This document shows, piece after piece, positions 32,640 to 42,282 of a DNA stretch of 64,000 bases. Each line of letters starts with the position of its first letter. Within the stretch, counting starts at the first letter, position 1. A model generated the notes under the pieces. It saw only the letters and a program-made list of their open reading frames with translations. It was not told the origin of the DNA and did no database searches. The stretch covers positions 3,988 to 67,987 of the forward strand of contig CACEOF010000006.1 in NCBI GenBank assembly GCA_902561095.1, given 5' to 3'. The position numbers and the translations under genes were made by a program. This DNA is from an uncultured Pelagibacteraceae bacterium. Lineage in GTDB: Bacteria; Pseudomonadota; Alphaproteobacteria; Pelagibacterales; Pelagibacteraceae.

Positions 32640-34094
32640 ATGACAGGAAATATTAAAATTGACCCATATGGTTTTAGGGAATATGACGCCCGATGGTTGT
32701 ATGAAAAAGACATAAATAGAGCTGGAATAGAGAATCTTGGAAAAGGTTTGGGTACACAAATTATCAGTAATACTAAAAAACATAACCCAAGAGTTATAGT
32801 TGGACATGACTATCGTTCTTACAGCGAGGAGATAAAAACTGCTCTAAAAAAAGGATTACTATCAACTGGGTGTAATATCGAAGATGTTGGATTATCATTA
32901 TCACCTATGGTTTATTTTGCTCAGTTTAATTTAAATTCTGATGCTGTTGCAATGGTAACTGCAAGTCATAATGAAAATGGGTGGACTGGAGTTAAGATGG
33001 GTATCAAAAAAGGATTAACTCATGCCCCAGAAGAAATGAAGGAATTAAAAGAAATAACGCTTAATGAAAAATTTACATCAGGTCAAGGAAGTGAAAAACA
33101 AATCGAAAATTTCCAACAAGTTTATAAAGAAGATTTAATCAAAAATAATAAAATTAATAAAAAAATAAAAGCTGTTGTTGCATGTGGAAATGGTACCGCA
33201 GGCATATTCGCTCCAGATATATTAAGAGGAATTGGTTGCGAAGTAATTGAACTAGATTGTAATTTAGATTGGACTTTTCCAAAATATAATCCTAATCCTG
33301 AAGATTTAGAGATGCTTCACGAAATAGCAAAATCTGTAAAGGAAAATAATGCTGATATAGGTTTTGGTTTTGATGGAGATGGTGACAGAGTTGGAGTAAT
33401 TGACAACAAAGGTAATGAGATATTTTCAGATAAAATTGGTTTATTAATTGCTAGAAACTTATCTGCAAAACACCAGAATTCAAAGTTTGTAGTAGATGTT
33501 AAATCTACAGGTTTATACGCAAAAGATAAAGTATTAGCAAAAAACAACTGCGATACCATTTATTGGAAAACAGGTCATTCTCATATTAAAAGAAAAGTTA
33601 ACACAGAAAAAGCTTTGGCTGGATTTGAAAAAAGTGGACATTTCTTTTTTAATCAACCACTAGGTTATGGATATGATGATGGGATTAATTCTGCAATTCA
33701 GGTCTGTCATTTACTAAATAATCAAAATAAAAAAATGAGTGAAATTATTGATGAATTACCTATAACTTACCAATCACCTACTATGGCTCCTTTTTGTAAA
33801 GATGAAGAAAAATATCAAGTAGTTGAAGAATTAGTAAAACAGGTAGAAAAAGTTAAAAGCGATAAAATAAAAATAGATGATCAAACTATATCAGAGATTT
33901 TAACTGTAAATGGAATTAGATTTTCTTTTGAGGATGGTTCATGGGGTTTAATCAGAGCGTCATCTAATAAACCCTCTTTAGTAGTTGTTACAGAAAGCCC
34001 AACTTCGGACAGTAGAAAGAAAAAAATCTTTGATTTTATTGATGATTTACTTCAAAAAACTGGAAAAATTGGTGATTATGACCAAAAAATTTAA
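32640..34094 (+). CDS. Phosphomannomutase/phosphoglucomutase (AlgC-like)
   Basis: FREYD, TASHN, FDGDGDR, EKSGH, RAS. Confidence 0.92.
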   Translation: MTGNIKIDPYGFREYDARWLYEKDINRAGIENLGKGLGTQIISNTKKHNPRVIVGHDYRSYSEEIKTALKKGLLSTGCNIEDVGLSLSPMVYFAQFNLNSDAVAMVTASHNENGWTGVKMGIKKGLTHAPEEMKELKEITLNEKFTSGQGSEKQIENFQQVYKEDLIKNNKINKKIKAVVACGNGTAGIFAPDILRGIGCEVIELDCNLDWTFPKYNPNPEDLEMLHEIAKSVKENNADIGFGFDGDGDRVGVIDNKGNEIFSDKIGLLIARNLSAKHQNSKFVVDVKSTGLYAKDKVLAKNNCDTIYWKTGHSHIKRKVNTEKALAGFEKSGHFFFNQPLGYGYDDGINSAIQVCHLLNNQNKKMSEIIDELPITYQSPTMAPFCKDEEKYQVVEELVKQVEKVKSDKIKIDDQTISEILTVNGIRFSFEDGSWGLIRASSNKPSLVVVTESPTSDSRKKKIFDFIDDLLQKTGKIGDYDQKI

Positions 34095-34163
34095 AAGTTA
34101 ATAAACATCATTTTCAACTAATAAGTGTTCACAAAATTGTAAAGAATCATTTAAATTTGAATT

Positions 34164-34202
34164 ATGAGGTGATGGAGGGAGACTGAAGTCACCTCTTTTT
34201 TT
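34164..34202 (+). other. GC-rich hairpin plus U7 tract (terminator, attenuator or tiny sRNA)
   Basis: GAGGTGAT-GGAGGGAGACTGAA-GTCACCTC-TTTTTTT. Confidence 0.6.
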
Positions 34203-34240
34203 GTTTAATTTGTAAACTCTAATTATCTTATATTTATTTA

Positions 34241-34441
34241 ATGGCAGATAAAAAAATAAGATCAGTTGCAAAAACTTTTTCTTGGAGGCTTTTTATTTTT
34301 ATTTATTGGGTAATATTTGGCTATATTTATACTGGTACATTTGTTGGTGCCGGAATACTAGGAGTTGGCTCAATCATTCCTCTCTTTTTTTATTATTTTC
34401 ATGAGAGAATATGGAATAAAGTTAAATGGGGTACCAACTAA
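34241..34441 (+). CDS. DUF2061-like small membrane protein
   Basis: RS.AKT.SWR ... YYFHERIWNKVKWG. Confidence 0.8.
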   Translation: MADKKIRSVAKTFSWRLFIFIYWVIFGYIYTGTFVGAGILGVGSIIPLFFYYFHERIWNKVKWGTN

Positions 34442-35751
34442 ATAAACTTTTTAAGTTTATCTGAGACTATTACTTTTTTGTTATTTATATAATCCTCATG
34501 GTTTTTCTCGATATTCTTAAGTTCATATAAGTAATTAACCATAACACCAAAAGATCTGTTAAAACCAACTTCTGAAACATTAGCATTTATATTTATATCC
34601 TCAACTATAGCCCCGTTTCCTAAATGAAATCTCGTGACATCATTGATAGGTAATTGTTTATGATTTTTTTCATTTATCAAATAGTGAGCAACTAATTTTA
34701 AAATTGCATCTTTATTAGATACAATTCTTGTGTCACCAATTTTTAAATCCGGGGATTTTAAAAAAGATATATTATCTAAAGGAACGTTTCCTAGAATATT
34801 TTTAATTTTATTTTCTTCTAAATATGAGAACCAATCTCTGAAACCTGGTATAGGTGACAAGGTTCCAAAGTGTTTTATGTCAGGTAATTCTTCTTGGATT
34901 TCATAAACAACTCTTTTAATTAAAAAATTTCCTAAGGTAACTCTTGATAAACCTTCTTGACAGTTGCTGATTGAATAAAATGTTGCAGTATCATATTTTT
35001 TATTCCCTGTTGTATGTGGCTTAGTAATTTCTTGTATCGATTTACCAAGACCATTTGTAAGGGCTACTTGAACAAATATTATGGGCTCGTCCTCAAGTGC
35101 TGGATGAAAATATGAAAAAAACCTTCTGTCCTCTCCAAGTCTTCTCTTGAGTTCGTCCATGTCTTTAATTTTATGAACTCTCTCATATTTCATAATTTTT
35201 TCTAAAACAGCTGCTTTTGTATCCCAAGTAATTTTAGCTAATCTTAAAAAACCTGGATTAAACCATGACTTAAATAATTCTCTTAAATCATCATCTAAAG
35301 GTTTTAAATCTGAATTTTCTTTTAATACTCTCAATAAATCTTCTCTCAAAGAGACTATGGTAGAAATTCCATTTGGAGCCATATTCATTCTTCTAAATAA
35401 TTCTCTTCTCTTTCCCTCAGATACTATAAATAAATTAAATAAATTTTTATCATTCTGGGTTTTTTGATAAGTTTCTATGGCTTCTGATACCTTAGTATGA
35501 CTAGGTTTAAATTTCTCATTTATTTTCTTAAAAAATGTTAGTTTATTCTCAGGTGTGAGGGTTTGATAAAGATCTGTAACGTCCCTTGCAACAGTGATAC
35601 CAAAAGCTGCACCTTTATTAGAAATTAAGTCATCACATAATGACAATATTGTTTCTAAATCATTTTTTTTAAGATGTTTTTTTTTGAATAGTTTTTGGCC
35701 TACATCAGCGATAGATGAAATGATATCTTTTAAGTTAAACATGTTTTTCAT
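34438..35751 (-). CDS. Malonyl-CoA decarboxylase
   Basis: SWFNPGFL, YERVH, EPIIFVQVAL, FYSISNCQ.GL, LGNFLIK, TLSPIPGF, FHLGNGA, MVNYLY. Confidence 0.92.
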   Translation of the reverse strand: MKNMFNLKDIISSIADVGQKLFKKKHLKKNDLETILSLCDDLISNKGAAFGITVARDVTDLYQTLTPENKLTFFKKINEKFKPSHTKVSEAIETYQKTQNDKNLFNLFIVSEGKRRELFRRMNMAPNGISTIVSLREDLLRVLKENSDLKPLDDDLRELFKSWFNPGFLRLAKITWDTKAAVLEKIMKYERVHKIKDMDELKRRLGEDRRFFSYFHPALEDEPIIFVQVALTNGLGKSIQEITKPHTTGNKKYDTATFYSISNCQEGLSRVTLGNFLIKRVVYEIQEELPDIKHFGTLSPIPGFRDWFSYLEENKIKNILGNVPLDNISFLKSPDLKIGDTRIVSNKDAILKLVAHYLINEKNHKQLPINDVTRFHLGNGAIVEDININANVSEVGFNRSFGVMVNYLYELKNIEKNHEDYINNKKVIVSDKLKKFI

Positions 35752-35753
35752 AT

Positions 35754-36590
35754 CTAGTTTATACTTAAATATTCATAAAAAGATCTAATAGAAACAATTA
35801 TTAAAAATATTCCAAAGATTTTACTTAATAAACGCTTATCAATTTTATATACTGCTTTAGCCCCTATACGCGCCATTAACATCGTCACAGGCACAAACAC
35901 AATAAAACCTAATAAATTTATGTACCCCAGACTAAATGGCGTATTAATATTATTAATAATTTTCCCACTAATTATCATTGTTGTGGTACCAGTAACTGCT
36001 ATCAAGAAACCAACTGCTGCTGCAGTTCCAATAGATTTTCTGATGTCATAACCAAAAGTTCTCATAAAAGGAACCATTAATGATCCACCACCTATTCCAA
36101 GTGGCACAGATATAAATCCAATTACAGTTCCTGAGATATTTTTAATTAAATCTGAGATTTTTTTTGGATTTTCAACAAGCTGCTCTCTTAAAAAAATAAA
36201 AAATACCCCAACTAAAAAAGCAAAAATTGAAAAAAACAAAACTAATGCTGGAGTTTTTAAATTAACAGCCAAAAATGTTCCTGCGATTACTCCTATTAAA
36301 ATAAATATTCCAAAGGATTTGACCATTTTAAAATCTACAGCATCATGTTGCATATGTATCTTTGTTGAGATTATTGAGGTTGGGACAATAATTGCTAATG
36401 AGGTTCCAACGGAGAGGTGCATTCTAGTAACAATATCAAAATCTAAAACTGAGAAAGCATAATATAATGCTGGAACCATTATTATTCCTCCACCAACACC
36501 GAGTAAGCCTGCCATAAAACCAGCAACTGCCGCAGCTATCGCCAAAACAACTAATAAATTTATAATTTCATTAACGTTTGAAATATCCAT
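35754..36590 (-). CDS. TauE/SafE (TSUP) family membrane protein
   Basis: GLLGVGGG, GTSL, GIGGG repeats; ~8 TM segments. Confidence 0.87.
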   Translation of the reverse strand: MDISNVNEIINLLVVLAIAAAVAGFMAGLLGVGGGIIMVPALYYAFSVLDFDIVTRMHLSVGTSLAIIVPTSIISTKIHMQHDAVDFKMVKSFGIFILIGVIAGTFLAVNLKTPALVLFFSIFAFLVGVFFIFLREQLVENPKKISDLIKNISGTVIGFISVPLGIGGGSLMVPFMRTFGYDIRKSIGTAAAVGFLIAVTGTTTMIISGKIINNINTPFSLGYINLLGFIVFVPVTMLMARIGAKAVYKIDKRLLSKIFGIFLIIVSIRSFYEYLSIN

Positions 36591-37594
36591 TATGTGTTTG
36601 CCTGATTGGCTTTTTCATTATTTTGTACAATTGTCATAATATGTTTTGTTTTTTGAAAATCAGACTCACGAGCCATTAAATTATCACTTAGATATCTTTT
36701 CCATTCCTTTGAACCTATTTGACCATGATATAAACCAACAGTATGTCTCATTATGTGATTAACTTTTGTTCCCACTTTAACTTCTTTTTCAACATACTCT
36801 AGAAGCTGCTCAGCTACTTGCTCTCTGGTGGGATTAATTTTTGTATTAAATATTTCCTTTTCGATTTCTACTAATGAATAAGGGTTTTGATATATAGATC
36901 TTCCAATCATTACGCCATCACAATAATTTAAGTGATTATTAATTTCATCTATTGAAGATATACCTCCATTTATAATTATTTCTAAATCTGGGTTTTGTTT
37001 TTTAATCTCATAAACCATATTGTAATTAAGTTTTGGAATATTTAAATTTTGCTTAGGAGAAAGTCCTGTTAATATTGCTTTTCTAGCGTGTAAAATAAAT
37101 GTTTTTGTACCCGAATCTCTCAATTTGTGAATAAAATTATTTAAATACTCAAAGCTTTCTACATTATCAAATCCAATTCTAGTTTTTGCAGTAACTGGAA
37201 TTTTACATGAATTAACCATCGCACTTATGCATTCGGCTACAAGATCAGGCTCTTTCATTAAACAAGCACCAAACATATTTTTTTGAACCTTTTTACTAGG
37301 ACAACCTAAATTGATATTAATTTCATCGTATCCCATACCCTCTGCAATCTTTGCAACCTCAGCTAGCTCTTCTTTATTTGAGCCACCAACTTGCAATGCT
37401 AGTGGTTTTTCCTCAGGACTATAAGATAAGATTTTTTTTCTATCCCCATATATTGCAGATTTAGTAGCAACCATTTCAGTATAAAGCATTACGTTTTTGC
37501 TCATCAATCTTAAGAAAAAACGGTCATGTCTATCTGTGCAATCCATCATAGGAGCAACAGAAATTTTTCTATTAATTTTGTTTTTAGTATCCAA
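36590..37594 (-). CDS. dusA: tRNA dihydrouridine synthase A
   Basis: SVAPMMDCTDRH, LYTEM, NLGCPS, HARKA, INGG. Confidence 0.92.
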   Translation of the reverse strand: MDTKNKINRKISVAPMMDCTDRHDRFFLRLMSKNVMLYTEMVATKSAIYGDRKKILSYSPEEKPLALQVGGSNKEELAEVAKIAEGMGYDEININLGCPSKKVQKNMFGACLMKEPDLVAECISAMVNSCKIPVTAKTRIGFDNVESFEYLNNFIHKLRDSGTKTFILHARKAILTGLSPKQNLNIPKLNYNMVYEIKKQNPDLEIIINGGISSIDEINNHLNYCDGVMIGRSIYQNPYSLVEIEKEIFNTKINPTREQVAEQLLEYVEKEVKVGTKVNHIMRHTVGLYHGQIGSKEWKRYLSDNLMARESDFQKTKHIMTIVQNNEKANQANT

Positions 37595-38915
37595 GAGCTT
37601 TACCCATTATTTTATCAGGTAGCCATGTAACTATCTCTGGAAAGATACACAAAATTAAAATTGCTAATGCCATTATAATCATAAATGGTATAGAGCCTTT
37701 TAAAATTTCTGACAAACTTACATCTGGGGTAATGCCTTTAATTATATAAAGATTTAATCCAACGGGTGGAGTTATTAATCCTATCTCCATATTAATAGTA
37801 AATACAATTGCAAACCAATATGGATCAAAACCTAGTGTAGTAATTACGGGTAATAATATAGCAGAAGTCATAACGATTACTGCAACAGGAGGTAAAAAGA
37901 AACCAGCTATTAAAAGAAATACATTTATTAAAAGAAATACAACCCATTTATTAGAGCTTAACTCTACCATGCTTTGAGCTAAAGATTGAGTCACATAAAG
38001 TTGTGAAAGTGTAAATGCAAAAAGGTAAGATGCTGCAATGATAAACATTATCATTACACTTTCTTTCATTGAAACTTTAACAATGTTCCATATTTTTTTT
38101 GGTTGATAAATTTTATAAACAATTGCTATCAATACAAAAACCAAGAACGCTCCAACACCTGATGCCTCTGATGGAGTTGCAACACCCCCATATAATACGT
38201 ACAAAACACCTGCTATGATAGCTAAGAATGGAAGAACTCTTGGTAATACCTCGAGTTTTTCTCTCAAGGTTGGAGGTGTTCTATTCCTTAAGGCTTTTGC
38301 AGCATCTTTATCAATAAAGTAACTATGAATAAGAGCCCATATGGCAAACATACCTGCCAGCATAAATCCTGGAACTAAACCACATAAGAACAGTCTACCA
38401 ATGGATGTACCTGTTGCGATTCCATAAACAATTAAAACTATACTTGGAGGAATAAGAACTCCAAGAGTTCCTCCTGCAGCGATAGTGCCAGTAGCAATTT
38501 GATCAGAGTAACCTCTTTTTCTCATCTCAGGTATTCCCATTGTTCCAATTGCTGCACATGTAGCTGGACTAGATCCACTTAAAGCTGCAAAAATAGAACA
38601 AGCACCAATATTAGAAATAACTAAGCCTCCTGGAAGTCTCCAAAGCCACCTATCTAAGCCAGTATATAAATCTTTTCCCGCTGGAGAATTGGCAACAGCC
38701 ATGCCCATTAAAATAAACATTGGTATCGAAAGTAGGACAAATGAATTTAGTCCTGCATAAAACGTTTCTGCAAAAACGTCTAGCATTTGAAAACCTTCAA
38801 ATGACACTAAGAGTACTATTGATACAAAGCTTAAACCAAATGCAATTGGAATTCCTGAAAAAAGAACTATTAAAGTAAAAACTGCAACAATTATAGCTAT
38901 TATTAATGGGTCCAT
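37584..38915 (-). CDS. dctM: TRAP transporter large permease
   Basis: SGSS, GTLGVLIPPS, TPSEAS, ITPPVGLNL. Confidence 0.92.
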   Translation of the reverse strand: MDPLIIAIIVAVFTLIVLFSGIPIAFGLSFVSIVLLVSFEGFQMLDVFAETFYAGLNSFVLLSIPMFILMGMAVANSPAGKDLYTGLDRWLWRLPGGLVISNIGACSIFAALSGSSPATCAAIGTMGIPEMRKRGYSDQIATGTIAAGGTLGVLIPPSIVLIVYGIATGTSIGRLFLCGLVPGFMLAGMFAIWALIHSYFIDKDAAKALRNRTPPTLREKLEVLPRVLPFLAIIAGVLYVLYGGVATPSEASGVGAFLVFVLIAIVYKIYQPKKIWNIVKVSMKESVMIMFIIAASYLFAFTLSQLYVTQSLAQSMVELSSNKWVVFLLINVFLLIAGFFLPPVAVIVMTSAILLPVITTLGFDPYWFAIVFTINMEIGLITPPVGLNLYIIKGITPDVSLSEILKGSIPFMIIMALAILILCIFPEIVTWLPDKIMGKALGY

Positions 38916-38918
38916 TTT

Positions 38919-39407
38919 TTAGTCTGCCTCATCGGTTAACTTAATAATTTCTGCAATGTACTGAAGTATCATTAAAATAGCTCCAATCATCATTGATGAG
39001 TAAGGTATCCATAATGGAGGATCCCAAACTGTACCGGTTGAGTAATTTTTTGTAAATGCCTCTTCAACCATCAAAAAACCAAAATAAAATAGAATTAAAA
39101 AAAATAATAAACTTACTAATGATGTAAAAATTTTTAATCTTAAAACGTTCTTTGAGGACAAAAAGTCATATATCCATTCCATACTAACATGTGCCTTTTC
39201 ACTTAAGACATAAGCGCTGCCAATGAAAGTAGATGCAACTAACAACATTGTTACCAACTCAGTTTGCCATGTAATCGCTCTTTGAAAGAAGTACCTCTCA
39301 AATACTAATTCAACAATTACCAAAATTGATAATAGTAAGGCTAAAACTGCAAACGCTCCACAAGCTTTAGCTGTAAAATTACAAAATTTTAAATATTTAT
39401 TTTTCAT
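38919..39407 (-). CDS. dctQ: TRAP transporter small permease
   Basis: 4 TM segments, W..EL, H.S.; lies between dctP and dctM. Confidence 0.9.
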   Translation of the reverse strand: MKNKYLKFCNFTAKACGAFAVLALLLSILVIVELVFERYFFQRAITWQTELVTMLLVASTFIGSAYVLSEKAHVSMEWIYDFLSSKNVLRLKIFTSLVSLLFFLILFYFGFLMVEEAFTKNYSTGTVWDPPLWIPYSSMMIGAILMILQYIAEIIKLTDEAD

Positions 39408-39444
39408 AAAAAAAACCCCTACTTATTTTTGATAAATAGGGGTT
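39408..39444 (-). terminator. Hairpin plus U-tract between dctP and dctQ
   Basis: Minus strand reads AACCCCTATTTATC-AAA-AATAAGTAGGGG-T8 directly followed by ATG. Confidence 0.7.
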
Positions 39445-39458
39445 CTTTATATATTACT

Positions 39459-40469
39459 TTATTTAACTGCCAAAGCCATTTCCATTAGTTTATCTCCACC
39501 TGGAACTTTCTCAGCAAAAGCTTTATGAGAAGATTTCTTTGCAATCTCTACCCATGCAGCATGATCTTTCTCGTCCATGTATACTAATTTAACGCCCGCA
39601 GCTTTATATGCATCCTCAAACTTTTTATCCAAATTCTCAACTTGAGCTGTCATATATTTTTCAGCTACTTTACCAGCAGCCATAAGTGCTTTTTGTTGTT
39701 TTGAATTTAAAGCATCATATGATTTTTTAGACATTAGAATTGGTTCATACATAAACCATAATCCAAATTTTCCTGGAGGTGTTGCACAAGTTACTTGCTC
39801 ATAAATTTTATAACTCACAAAACTTCCTGAGCTAGTATTTGCACCTGTTAATACACCTGTTTGAAGACCAGTATAAATTTCAGATGAAGGCATACTTTGA
39901 ATACCTGCTCCTGCTGCTTCTAACATTTGGTTAAACGCTTTTCCTGCAGCTCTCATAACCTGGCCTTTTGCATCGCTTGGATTTTTGATGCATTTAGACT
40001 TAGAGGCAAATCCACCACCTAACCAAGCATCAGATAAAACAACTACACCTGCATCAGTTATAATTCTTTTAATTTCAGTCATCATAGGACCTTTATTAAA
40101 TCTTAATGCGTGATCATGATTTTTTACAGTACCTGGCATTAAAGTTGCATCAAATTCTGGATGGAATTTTGAGGCATATGCTAAAGGAAAAGCAGAAATA
40201 TCCAACTGACCAGTTGTCATTGGCTTCCACTGTTCTTTTGGTTTGTATAAAGATTTAGCTGGGTAGATTCTTATATCTATTCCAACATTAGCTTTTTTAA
40301 CTTCATCTGCAATTATTTGAACCATTTCGTGTCTTGGGTCAAATGAACCGTCAGCTCTTGGAGTTCCTGGCCATTGGTGACTTGCTTTTAAAGTAACAGC
40401 ATAAGCAGAACCAATTAAAGTGAACACAAGAATAAATGAGGTTAAACATAAAGATATTTTTTTTAACAT
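39459..40469 (-). CDS. dctP: TRAP transporter substrate-binding protein
   Basis: Signal peptide, conserved R in 'MRAAG', EIYTGLQTG; GGGAG SD upstream. Confidence 0.9.
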   Translation of the reverse strand: MLKKISLCLTSFILVFTLIGSAYAVTLKASHQWPGTPRADGSFDPRHEMVQIIADEVKKANVGIDIRIYPAKSLYKPKEQWKPMTTGQLDISAFPLAYASKFHPEFDATLMPGTVKNHDHALRFNKGPMMTEIKRIITDAGVVVLSDAWLGGGFASKSKCIKNPSDAKGQVMRAAGKAFNQMLEAAGAGIQSMPSSEIYTGLQTGVLTGANTSSGSFVSYKIYEQVTCATPPGKFGLWFMYEPILMSKKSYDALNSKQQKALMAAGKVAEKYMTAQVENLDKKFEDAYKAAGVKLVYMDEKDHAAWVEIAKKSSHKAFAEKVPGGDKLMEMALAVK

Positions 40470-40568
40470 TTAATTCTCCCTCTATTGTTATTTATGATAA
40501 TTGTATTAAAATGAAGATATCGCTAAGAGTCAAGTTAACAAAAGATACACAAATATTAAATAATATTT

Positions 40569-41714
40569 ATGAATGGACCGCTTAATAACTTGTTGGTAGT
40601 TGATTTAACTAGAGTTTTGGTTGGACCATATTGCACAATGATTTTGTCAGACCTAGGTGCAAGAGTTATAAAAATTGAAGCACCCGAAATAGGTGATGAT
40701 TCAAGAAAATTTGGTCCATTTATTAAAGATTACTCAGCCTATTTCATGTCACTTAATAGAGGTAAAGAAAGTATAGCTCTTAATTTAAAAAACTCTGATG
40801 ATAAAAAAATATTTGATAAAATTTTATCAAAAGCAGATATCTTAGTAGAGAATTTTAAACCAGGAACTTTAAAAAAATGGGGATACGGTTGGGAAGAGGT
40901 TAATAAAAAGTTTCCTAAATTAATTTATGCTTCAGCATCTGGCTTTGGACAAACTGGACCTTTAAAAGAATTACCTGCATATGATATGGTAGTACAAGGT
41001 ATGGGTGGATTGATGAGTGTAACAGGCCAACCAAATTCTGAACCTACTAGAGTTGGTACTTCGATTGGTGATATTACAGCTGGCCTGTTTACAACAATTG
41101 GAATCAATGCAGCTTTATATGATAGACAAAAAACAGGTAAGGGTATGTACATAGATGTTTCAATGCTTGATTGTCAAATTGCAATTCTTGAAAATGCAAT
41201 TGCAAGATATTTATCTAAAAATGAAATACCAAAACCGATGGGTTCTAGACACCCTTCTATTGCTCCTTTTGAGGCGTTTAAAACTAAAGACAGTTACATA
41301 ATCATTGCTGCAGGTAACGACAAATTATTTGAAAAGCTTTGTAATATTTTAGAAGTCCCTGAAATATTCACTGATGAAAAATTTAACTCGAACTCTGCAA
41401 GAGCAAAAAATATGGATGAGCTAAAAAAAATTCTTGAAAATAAACTTTTGACTAAATCCACTAGTGAATGGGTAAGTTTGATGGAGAGAGATAAAATTCC
41501 TTGTGGTCCAATATATAATATTAAAGATGCAGTTGAGAATCCTCAGGTAGAGGCGAGAAATATGATTGTAAAAGCTTATCACAAAGTTATAGGAGATTTT
41601 AAATTAGCAGGAAATCCAATCAAAATGTCAACATATGAGGATCCTGATAAAAGAGGAGATATCCCTGACTTGGATGAACACAGGGAAAAAATAATAAAAG
41701 AATTTGTAAATTAA
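40569..41714 (+). CDS. Class III (CaiB/BaiF) CoA-transferase
   Basis: LVGP, DLGARVIKIE, NRGKES, ENFKPG, SGFG, YD, catalytic GD. Confidence 0.9.
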   Translation: MNGPLNNLLVVDLTRVLVGPYCTMILSDLGARVIKIEAPEIGDDSRKFGPFIKDYSAYFMSLNRGKESIALNLKNSDDKKIFDKILSKADILVENFKPGTLKKWGYGWEEVNKKFPKLIYASASGFGQTGPLKELPAYDMVVQGMGGLMSVTGQPNSEPTRVGTSIGDITAGLFTTIGINAALYDRQKTGKGMYIDVSMLDCQIAILENAIARYLSKNEIPKPMGSRHPSIAPFEAFKTKDSYIIIAAGNDKLFEKLCNILEVPEIFTDEKFNSNSARAKNMDELKKILENKLLTKSTSEWVSLMERDKIPCGPIYNIKDAVENPQVEARNMIVKAYHKVIGDFKLAGNPIKMSTYEDPDKRGDIPDLDEHREKIIKEFVN

Positions 41715-41717
41715 AAT

Positions 41718-42239
41718 TTATTGATCTTCTTGAGTATCTACTTGAGTTGGCTCTTCACTATTTGAAACTTCATCCAATGACACCTCACCCTCTTCATTCA
41801 TAGTCTCTTCACCAACGGAACCATCGACATCAGCTTTTGCAGTTTCAGATAATTCTGCTAAATCTTCTTTTGTAATTTGAATTTTTTCTGGAGTTTTTCT
41901 TGCTCTTTTTGACGGAAGAATTGGTGTTCCACTTTTAGAAATTTCACCTTTGTATAAATTTTCAAAATCATCACCTATGTCTTCATCATCTTCTGCAGTA
42001 TCGTCAACTTGTTCAACATGTTTTCTAAGTTTATAAACTGCACTTTCGGTTAAATCAGAAACTTGAATTTTTTCTTCTGCAATTTCTCTTAATGAAATAA
42101 CTGTATTTTTGTCATTATCCCTGTCAATTTTTGGTTCTATGCCTGCATTTAACTGAGTAGCTCTCTCTTTGGCTACTAACACCAATTCGTAAGGACTATC
42201 TACTTTATCGATACAATCTTCCACAGTTACTCTTGCCAT
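41718..42239 (-). CDS. rpoZ: RNA polymerase omega subunit with long acidic C-terminal tail
   Basis: [30 protein letters not shown]. Confidence 0.93.
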   Translation of the reverse strand: MARVTVEDCIDKVDSPYELVLVAKERATQLNAGIEPKIDRDNDKNTVISLREIAEEKIQVSDLTESAVYKLRKHVEQVDDTAEDDEDIGDDFENLYKGEISKSGTPILPSKRARKTPEKIQITKEDLAELSETAKADVDGSVGEETMNEEGEVSLDEVSNSEEPTQVDTQEDQ

Positions 42240-42282
42240 GCGCAGTATCTATACAGTGATCCCTATAAAATCAAGCAGTTTT

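Noticed and set aside
36590-37594. dusA as an integration site for a genomic island
   Set aside because: No integrase, no duplicated dusA fragment and no att-like repeat; neighbouring genes overlap dusA directly.
42242-42257. SOS-box-like CAGTATCTATACAG upstream of rpoZ
   Set aside because: It does not match CTGT-N8-ACAG, and alphaproteobacterial LexA uses a different motif. More likely part of the promoter.
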